From the NCBI GenBank assembly GCA_016933055.1, contig JAFGBS010000003.1, positions 1 through 6,472 of the forward strand: a stretch of 6,472 nucleotides of DNA, written 5' to 3'. Source of the stretch: Promethearchaeota archaeon (GTDB lineage Archaea; Asgardarchaeota; Lokiarchaeia; Sigyniarchaeales; Promethearchaeaceae). Below the pieces are notes generated by a model, which saw nothing but the letters and a program-made list of their open reading frames with translations, was not told the DNA's origin and searched no databases. Positions 1 through 6,114 of the stretch are shown here, one piece after another. How positions within the stretch are numbered: position 1 is the first letter of the stretch; the number at the start of each line of letters is the position of its first letter. The translations under genes were made by a program, and so were the position numbers.

Positions 1-157
1 TCAAGGTTTCGGCTTTCCTCTTCGGTCAGCCACTGAAGGATCTCCATTATCTCGGCGACCTCGACGGAGAGTGCCATTATTAGGTTTTTGGGGGAATGAT
101 GTTGATCCCATTCGCGGGCGGTGGCGAATTCTCTGAGTTTTTGATCATTGTGTTCAT
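1..157 (-). CDS. MazG-like nucleotide pyrophosphohydrolase (dCTP pyrophosphatase/DCTPP1-like), 5' part; runs off the window; start region apparently frameshifted
   Basis: Manual translation of the minus-strand frame 140->3 gives KLREFATAREWDQHHSPKNLIMALSVEVAEIMEILQWLTEEESRNL, which matches the family pattern LRxFxxxRxWxQxHSPKNLxMALSVExxExxExxQW. The natural-looking start (ATG at 157, MNTMIK) is one base out of frame across an A5 run (142-138). The first in-frame ATG (77) would remove the first conserved helix. Confidence 0.8.
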
Positions 158-371
158 GGTGGAGTTGGATGGGGAAGGTATAAGTTTTTGGTTATTTATG
201 CTTTCTGGCATTTTCTGCATTAATTTTATAAATCAGAATGAGTGATGTGTCAAAAGAGGAATTCTATCTTTCCTACGCAGATGTTTTTTAGCGCCTTAAC
301 CCTTCTGAAAATTTGTTGACCTCTTCCATAGTATTGAAATACCATAATAATGCAGGCGAATCTACGTTACA

Positions 372-1574
372 TCACTCACATTCTTTAAATAATTCCCTCA
401 AGAACTCCTCCCCCGCATCATCTAAATCATCATCAATACAAAAAGATAGAGTCCGGACATGAATATTGCCTATCCTTTCATCAATTATATCTTTTACGCT
501 AGTTGGGTATATCAGGATAGCTTCCTTGCAGCTCTTTGCCTCTGCGTATGTAACAACCTGGCTTAAATCAGCAGTGCTTATAGAATCAGGTATTTTGTAT
601 TTTGTATCCAATATATAAAGTGGAAGGTTCGTATTCTTATCATAAATGACAAGATCAATGTTGAATTCTATACTTTTTTCTAATCCAATTTGGATGTTTT
701 CTTGAGTTTTAAGTAAAAAATTTTCCGGAAGATTTATTTTAATCCATTCAGCTACAAATTTTTCGTACAGTCGGGACATATCTACAAGAAAAGGGATGAA
801 AGTATGATCACCCATTTGGTGAGAAGGACCAGTCTGTTCAAGAAAAAACCGGCAGAGGCAGTGCATGGGATGGTAGTCATCATTCAAACGATTATATAGT
901 CTGTATAGACAATCAGAAGGTGATTTTGGAACTAATGAAACAAGCCCCATTAAGCTGCGATAAGCACGGCTGATAAAAGGAAGAGATCTTGATGAGCACA
1001 TTCCACTTCGGGGAATGTGATAAAGAGTCCATGCCAAAAGCTGGTTGTCGTCAATATCCGGTGTATGATCTTGATAATGACACAAAAGATATGAGTCCCA
1101 TGGTTTCGAAAGAACATTGTTAAGATCGATCCTTCCTCTAATATAGGCCATCCGTTCGTTATACTCCAAATAGGAGCGATAAAATCCTTTTTTCCCTCTA
1201 TCCAGTATTCGTTTAGCTAAAATAACAGCCAAACGTTCGTAGAAATCTTCAAGGGATGCAGAATCCATTAGTCCCTGGATAAATTTAAAATTTTTTAAAT
1301 TATAAGCATATTCTAGCATTTGAAAAAGGTTCGAAAGAGGAATTTTCGGTTGAAGCGATAAATGAAGATCATTAGTTAAAGGTATATATCCAACCCAACC
1401 TTGGGATATCAACTGCCACATATATTCAGTTTTTGGTGTAGGGTATTCAATTTGAACCTGATTTCTGTATCTGTTCCAGAGGATTTTTCCCAAATCATCT
1501 GAAAATTCTTCTCGTTCTAAAGCTATGTTTTCATATTCTTTCAGGGTTATTATGAGGCGCTTATCAGGATTCAT
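372..1574 (-). CDS. mcrC: McrC-family restriction endonuclease subunit (PD-(D/E)xK)
   Basis: 400 aa. It has IRGRID, DMSRLYEKFV, the catalytic-type IDLVI...ILDTKYK and ADLSQVVTYA (DxxQxxxY) motifs. Its ATG overlaps the mcrB TGA (ATGA, 1574-1571). Confidence 0.92.
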   Translation of the reverse strand: MNPDKRLIITLKEYENIALEREEFSDDLGKILWNRYRNQVQIEYPTPKTEYMWQLISQGWVGYIPLTNDLHLSLQPKIPLSNLFQMLEYAYNLKNFKFIQGLMDSASLEDFYERLAVILAKRILDRGKKGFYRSYLEYNERMAYIRGRIDLNNVLSKPWDSYLLCHYQDHTPDIDDNQLLAWTLYHIPRSGMCSSRSLPFISRAYRSLMGLVSLVPKSPSDCLYRLYNRLNDDYHPMHCLCRFFLEQTGPSHQMGDHTFIPFLVDMSRLYEKFVAEWIKINLPENFLLKTQENIQIGLEKSIEFNIDLVIYDKNTNLPLYILDTKYKIPDSISTADLSQVVTYAEAKSCKEAILIYPTSVKDIIDERIGNIHVRTLSFCIDDDLDDAGEEFLRELFKECE

Positions 1575-2122
1575 TCTGAAAACATATCTTTTATTCTATC
1601 CCAGCGGAAGTTTTCAACCTTCTCGGATTGATCAAAAAAATATTCTTCTAAATAGGGTTCTATTTCCATTCTCCATATGTCATCTATATGGTTTTCTAAT
1701 TCGTTGTTAAGAAAAAAGGTAATGCCAATATGGTAATGTTTATCGGCAATTTCACTGTTGAGGCGTTTTAGAATATCGATGAGCTTCTCTACAGGGAAAT
1801 CAGAAGATTCATGATATTTAATTAAAATATCATAGTTAGGATACAAAGGAAGGAAAGCGAATCTTCTGCGGAGAGCGTGGTCAACTAAAGCTATGGACCG
1901 ATCCGCTGTGTTCATTGTGCCGATTATCCTGACATTTTTTGGAATACTTAATATTTTTCCCTGTGAAAGGGGAACTTCATCCTCTCTATATTCGAGAAGA
2001 TACATAAGTTCGCCAAAAACACGTGCTAGATTAGCCCGATTTATCTCATCTATTATCAAAACGCATATGTTTTTTCTTTTTTTAGCTTCATTGCAAAATT
2101 CTAAAAACCGGCCTTCGATCAA
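1571..2122 (-). CDS. mcrB: McrB C-terminal AAA+ fragment (continuation after the internal stop; independent translation from TTG doubtful)
   Basis: 183 aa with IIDEINRAN, GTMNTADRSIALVDHALRRRF and IGITFF. Same frame as 2129..3823. The TTG start has no well-spaced Shine-Dalgarno. Confidence 0.7.
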   Translation of the reverse strand: MIEGRFLEFCNEAKKRKNICVLIIDEINRANLARVFGELMYLLEYREDEVPLSQGKILSIPKNVRIIGTMNTADRSIALVDHALRRRFAFLPLYPNYDILIKYHESSDFPVEKLIDILKRLNSEIADKHYHIGITFFLNNELENHIDDIWRMEIEPYLEEYFFDQSEKVENFRWDRIKDMFSE

Positions 2123-2128
2123 ATTAAA

Positions 2129-3823
2129 TTAAAGTGTCCCATCAAGTCGGGTTTGAGGCCTGATTCCCTGAATAAAATCTTCATATGAGTATGCGGGATG
2201 GAATTGAACTAACTCAATAAATCCATCTTTATTTTCTACTAAGTGCTTGGCGAGTTTTTGAGCAATAAAAGTCTTTCCTGTTCCGGGAGGCCCATAGAAA
2301 ATGGCTTGGCCTTTACGGTTGATGGCATTTTTCCAGCTTTTGAGTTTTTCTTCTTCTATTCCGGTATCTTTTGACATTTCGGAAAGGGAATAAGGAGGTT
2401 GGATATCTATTTCGTCTTCAGTCCCCTCGATATGCCCAAGATAGTCATCTATTTCTGCAATGGGATTATCTGATATGGAGAGGATTACAAAAGGAAAAAG
2501 TTGGATAAATCCGTTAGTGATGCTTTCTATTAATTCTTTGTCTGAAAGTTTAAGAATTTCTTTATTTGTTAAAATGAGGGATACAACAATTTCTTCTGTT
2601 GATATATTATTAATCCATTCAACAAATCTTAATTTTGATGAAACTTCATGAAATCCATAAGTAAAATTTTTATCAAGGTAGTTTTCTAAAAATTTTATTA
2701 TATATTTGGCGTTTTCACTACAATTCTTAACAAATTTTTTCTTTTGATTCCCTCCATAATCTCCAATATAAAACCCATATTCTAAACGATCTTTATTTAT
2801 GGATATATATAGCTGAGCATCCTCAGTTCTTTTTCCTCCTTTTGGATAGAAAGCACCCCAATAATAATCCCAGGCACCTCCACGTCCATAATCGTTCTTC
2901 ACAATTCTTGAAAAGAGTTTGCGTTTAGTTTCCATGGTTTCACTAATCATATCTGGGAGATTTTCAGCAACATTTTGTAGGAGATTTTTCATTGGTTGTT
3001 CCAAATACTGTTTAAATTCTTCCCGTTTGGATGAATAAAATTTTTGGGTAGGATTTTGATGAAGTTCTTTCAAAAGTTCAAAGATCTTGGCTGCAAAAAA
3101 ATTAGAACTCGAATTATATGAATCAACCGGTTCTTCCATTATTTTATTTTTCTTTCTACTCGAATGATAAGAAGCTTGGTGTGCAATCCAAATGAAGCTT
3201 TGGATATCTACAAGGTCTTGCGGATTGTATTTTTGTAGAGCATTTTTGAGGTCATATATGCATTTTTTAATTGCATCGTAGGTTTCCGGAGAAGGTATTT
3301 TATTCCAAGCTTGCACTTTTCCAATAAAATCTAAAAACCATTTTGCCGTTCTTGGCTTCACAAAATATTCTTTTTTGGGATTTGTAATAAAAAGAAAATA
3401 AGTGGGAAAGGTCCAGTTGTTTGGAAGATTGTTAGATTTAATATAGTCTAAGTAACGAGCTAATCGTTTGCTGACATCATCAAAACCATATAAAAGATCA
3501 AAAAACGACTGGCAGAATAATGCTTTATCTACTTCTTTCTGATGAAAAATTTTCAAATCGCCTTCTCTGGGAACGCTGTACCAAAGAAGATTGTTGTCTT
3601 TTCCAATCTTCTCAACCCTGGCAATGAATTCATCATATTCTTTTATTTGGATAAGGGCAGAAAGTTCTTTTTTATTAATTAGTTCAGCCGCTTTGTTTAT
3701 TGTATCTTTTTTATAATAAATCTCCTCTTTTTTGAACTCTTCATGATCAAATCCATCCCATTCAGGGAATTTAATTTTGACTAAAGAAATGAGATCTTGA
3801 ACTTTTTGTTGATTTAATGCCAT
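2129..3823 (-). CDS. mcrB: McrB N-terminal fragment: two accessory (putative DNA-recognition) domains plus the first part of the AAA+ domain
   Basis: 564 aa as read to the TAA. ATG is preceded by GGGAG. It contains Walker A but no Walker B or NxxD motif. Confidence 0.8.
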   Translation of the reverse strand: MALNQQKVQDLISLVKIKFPEWDGFDHEEFKKEEIYYKKDTINKAAELINKKELSALIQIKEYDEFIARVEKIGKDNNLLWYSVPREGDLKIFHQKEVDKALFCQSFFDLLYGFDDVSKRLARYLDYIKSNNLPNNWTFPTYFLFITNPKKEYFVKPRTAKWFLDFIGKVQAWNKIPSPETYDAIKKCIYDLKNALQKYNPQDLVDIQSFIWIAHQASYHSSRKKNKIMEEPVDSYNSSSNFFAAKIFELLKELHQNPTQKFYSSKREEFKQYLEQPMKNLLQNVAENLPDMISETMETKRKLFSRIVKNDYGRGGAWDYYWGAFYPKGGKRTEDAQLYISINKDRLEYGFYIGDYGGNQKKKFVKNCSENAKYIIKFLENYLDKNFTYGFHEVSSKLRFVEWINNISTEEIVVSLILTNKEILKLSDKELIESITNGFIQLFPFVILSISDNPIAEIDDYLGHIEGTEDEIDIQPPYSLSEMSKDTGIEEEKLKSWKNAINRKGQAIFYGPPGTGKTFIAQKLAKHLVENKDGFIELVQFHPAYSYEDFIQGIRPQTRLDGTL

Positions 3824-3828
3824 TTTGA

Positions 3829-3833
3829 CTCCC
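3829..3833 (-). promoter_or_regulatory. Shine-Dalgarno of mcrB
   Basis: GGGAG, 5 nt upstream of the ATG at 3823. Confidence 0.65.
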
Positions 3834-3854
3834 GTTTTGGTAAATTGAAGGGAA

Positions 3855-3883
3855 ATGATATAATTTTAGTCGCTTGGGGTCAA
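3855..3883 (-). promoter_or_regulatory. Putative sigma70-type promoter for mcrBC
   Basis: TTGACC (3883-3878), 17-nt spacer, TATCAT (3860-3855). Each hexamer is a 5/6 match to consensus with optimal spacing. AT-rich DNA raises the chance of spurious matches. Confidence 0.55.
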
Positions 3884-3890
3884 TGGATTA

Positions 3891-3929
3891 TAATAACAGT
3901 TTTTTGTAACATGATCTAATAACATTGTT
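3891..3929. repeat. Three imperfect 13-bp direct repeats with a TAACA core
   Basis: Plus strand: taATAACAgtttt / ttGTAACAtgatc / taATAACAttgtt, with cores at 3893, 3906 and 3919. Units 1 and 3 share TAATAACA. Confidence 0.5.
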
Positions 3930-3937
3930 TAAAAAAA

Positions 3938-5164
3938 TTATTCCTCAACTTTTACTATCTTTCGAGAAATCAGTTTATAATCTTTAGTTTGCCGCTTTTG
4001 AAAAAGGGTAGCTTCAGGAAGAAGAAGTAATTGTGATTTATATTCATCTGTCACAACTTTATCTGGATCAGCCGGAGATAAAATACACAATCTAATATCT
4101 TTATTTTTAATTAAAATTCTTTTCTTTATTCTTTTTAAGAAAGGATCAGCTAAATTTTTTTCCCATAAGTTTATTTTTTTCTCTTTAGGTTCGTAGAGAG
4201 AATAGTTTTTATGGTTTAATCTTAATATTTCAATACTTACAAAGAATTTAGCTTTTTCTAGAGTTTCCCGAGGAATATTTTCCTTTGATTTTAAAAATGG
4301 AAAGATTTTTCTTTCTGTAAATGCATATCTGTGTTTTCCCTCCAAAGAAATCTCATCAGCATTAGGATTCGTTCTTTTTAATAATCCAGATTTAATAATA
4401 TTACACTCATATAGATATTTTTGTGATTCATTGTTTGAATCATGTATAGAAAGCTTAACATTCCTTCCAACTTTTGATACGGATTTAAAATCTGAGGTTT
4501 CAGTACCTAAAATTCGTATTACTTTACCTATAAGATGGTTAACGTTATTGCCCTCAAGTTCTATTATTGTTTCTCCAGTTTCAGTCTTATATAAATGCTC
4601 CTGTAATTTTTTATAATACTCGATATTGTGTTCATTGAACGGTTCACAGTACGAACGAATTGTATTTATAAATTGTCGAGCTTGGTAGTAGAGCCTAGAA
4701 TTCGTGTCCATATGGATGGCTATGGAGGCTTCAATATTAATTCCAGCGAGAGCAAATTCAGTCCAATTGTGACTGCCGATCCATAGTTCAATTTGGTTGT
4801 TCCTATTTTGTGAGATTAGAAATTTTGTATGTAATAATCCGGCAGATTCGGAATATCTATTAAATCCCTGTGCAAGCCTACGAAGATTTAGGAAAATTTT
4901 CACATTTTCTGATGCTAATTCACATAGAGCATCCAAATCTGTTGGAGGTTGCAAGTCTACACATAAAAAGCTATCCCTAGAGCCTAAAACACGCAGGGAA
5001 TTATTTCCTGCTAGTTCACGAAGTTTTCTTTTATTCAATGTCCAGAAAGCTATTGCTGCTTGAATGGATTGTGATTCGAAAAATAATCTTTTCAATTCCT
5101 CTGAAATATCAGCTTCCAAAAAATTTGTTGGTAATAATTCAATTTTATTAATTCCATCAATCAT
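3938..5164 (-). CDS. Phospholipase D-family (single HKD-type) nuclease with uncharacterised C-terminal domain
   Basis: 408 aa. It has AAIAFWT, LHTK (H112), GSHNWT (G130) and NIE, the HxK...GSxN...NxE layout of Nuc/BfiI/NgoFVII-like PLD nucleases. The canonical D of HxKx4D is Q here. Confidence 0.8.
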   Translation of the reverse strand: MIDGINKIELLPTNFLEADISEELKRLFFESQSIQAAIAFWTLNKRKLRELAGNNSLRVLGSRDSFLCVDLQPPTDLDALCELASENVKIFLNLRRLAQGFNRYSESAGLLHTKFLISQNRNNQIELWIGSHNWTEFALAGINIEASIAIHMDTNSRLYYQARQFINTIRSYCEPFNEHNIEYYKKLQEHLYKTETGETIIELEGNNVNHLIGKVIRILGTETSDFKSVSKVGRNVKLSIHDSNNESQKYLYECNIIKSGLLKRTNPNADEISLEGKHRYAFTERKIFPFLKSKENIPRETLEKAKFFVSIEILRLNHKNYSLYEPKEKKINLWEKNLADPFLKRIKKRILIKNKDIRLCILSPADPDKVVTDEYKSQLLLLPEATLFQKRQTKDYKLISRKIVKVEE

Positions 5165-5171
5165 CTTTAAT

Positions 5172-5176
5172 TCCTT
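5172..5176 (-). promoter_or_regulatory. Shine-Dalgarno of the PLD gene
   Basis: AAGGA, 7 nt upstream of the ATG at 5164. Confidence 0.55.
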
Positions 5177-5253
5177 AAAGTAGTATTATGAACTCGATAT
5201 TTTTTATTCTGGCAGGGTTCAAAATAGATCCACAAGCAAAGTATTTCATATCA

Positions 5254-6069
5254 TTAACCCTCCAACTTTAATTCTTTTAATTTTCGTCTTATCTTACAAC
5301 GTGAATCTTTTTTTGTAATTAAACCACAACCAAGTACTTTTCCATCATCACACTTTAGAAATGCCTTAAACATTTGTGAAAAATAATGGTCAACATTTTG
5401 TTTTCTAATGTCGTTATAGCACCATTTGAAAAAGTCAGAGGTCACTCCTATAAAAAAGTCAGTTAATTGGAGTGCTTGTGAATAACGTGCAGATGTTACA
5501 AGTAAACAGGGACAAGCTTTGAATCTTTTTAGGGGCAATAGTTCATTTTCGGAAAATTTATATCCATTCAAGTAGGCAGTTTGATAAACACCGAAGTAAT
5601 CCTCTAATTTCCCTCGACCTGGAAACCAATCAAACACAACATCCAGAAATGGGTAAAAATCTTGCGAATTTAGTTCTTTACTTTTCCTTTCTAAATCAAT
5701 ACTTAATCGTTGAAGGATATCAATAAATGCCCATTTCCATGCTTCTTCCAAGTTTTCAGGTTTTCCTTTCCAAACGTGAGACATAATGATTCGCAAAGGG
5801 ATTTTTACGATGATTGAAAAGACATGACGACGCAAATCATCAACTTTATTTGCTTGGATTAATTTTCTTGCATTTATGCAGGCTTTATCCTTCAAATTCC
5901 ATTTAATTGGGTCAGAGTCAGCCAAATTAAATTTTTGTTTAATTTCAAGTATATAATTATCTAGTTTTTGAAGGTTTTTCTTTTGAATGTAATAACCACC
6001 AACTATCATACTATCTTCAAAATCACGTTCATCTAAGAAACAAACAAGACTTCCTTCTAATATAGTCAT
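5254..6069 (-). CDS. DUF3800-like protein (predicted RNase H-fold nuclease)
   Basis: 271 aa. N-terminal CFLDE...MIVGGYYI and C-terminal SQALQLTDFFIG resemble the DUF3800 motifs (hhDES...hhhGG and SxxLQxAD). Ends in tandem stops TAA TGA. Confidence 0.6.
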   Translation of the reverse strand: MTILEGSLVCFLDERDFEDSMIVGGYYIQKKNLQKLDNYILEIKQKFNLADSDPIKWNLKDKACINARKLIQANKVDDLRRHVFSIIVKIPLRIIMSHVWKGKPENLEEAWKWAFIDILQRLSIDLERKSKELNSQDFYPFLDVVFDWFPGRGKLEDYFGVYQTAYLNGYKFSENELLPLKRFKACPCLLVTSARYSQALQLTDFFIGVTSDFFKWCYNDIRKQNVDHYFSQMFKAFLKCDDGKVLGCGLITKKDSRCKIRRKLKELKLEG

Positions 6070-6114
6070 ATTATCTAATTACTTTTGGATTCATTTGCCA
6101 TATTGTGAAATCCC

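Larger units (their letters stand above)
1571..3823 (-). pseudogene. mcrB: McrB-family AAA+ GTPase, 750 codons, interrupted by one in-frame TAA (2131-2129)
   Basis: The junction reads GGG ACA CTT TAA TTT AAT TTG ATC GAA GGC CGG TTT = GTL*FNLIEGRF in a single frame. Walker A GPPGTGKT (2293-2270) and VQFHPAYSYEDFIQG lie before the stop. Walker B IIDEINRAN, FGELMYLLE, the McrB signature MNTAD and ALRRRF lie after it. True pseudogene versus sequence error cannot be decided from this window. Confidence 0.85.

Noticed and set aside
215-355. 8-bp inverted repeat CTGCATTA (215-222) / TAATGCAG (348-355) as MITE ends
   Set aside because: Too short to exceed chance in AT-rich DNA, and no target-site duplication is visible.
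250-371. Small minus-strand ORFs and a possible terminator downstream of mcrC
   Set aside because: The ORFs are about 30 codons or fewer with no motifs. The only hairpins have 5-6 bp AT-rich stems.
1525-1710. Plus-strand 61-aa ORF
   Set aside because: Antisense shadow of the mcrB/mcrC junction with no motifs or RBS.
2129-2131. TAA reassigned as a sense codon (alternative genetic code)
   Set aside because: TAA terminates the PLD and DUF3800-like genes normally, and no other gene needs readthrough.
1893-2132. Plus-strand 79-aa ORF ending at the mcrB internal stop
   Set aside because: Antisense to the conserved Walker B/NTAD region. The shared end point follows from the AT-rich TTAA-containing repeat, and there is no protein-like signal.
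2121-2133. Phase variation of mcrB by the TTTAA tandem repeat, or a programmed frameshift
   Set aside because: The two halves are already in frame. Changing the repeat by one unit would shift the frame rather than repair it, and only about 2.5 copies exist.
2460-2651. Plus-strand 63-aa ORF
   Set aside because: Antisense shadow within mcrB.
372-3823. CoCoNuT-type McrBC
   Set aside because: No extended coiled coils, HEPN domain or helicase are visible, and McrB has the canonical NxxD (NTAD) signature with a conventional McrC.
4431-5063. Plus-strand ORFs 4431..4616 and 4797..5063
   Set aside because: Antisense shadows within the PLD gene with no recognisable motifs.
5165-5253. Promoter for the PLD gene
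   Set aside because: TTGAAC and CATAAT-like hexamers are present, but not at a compatible spacing.
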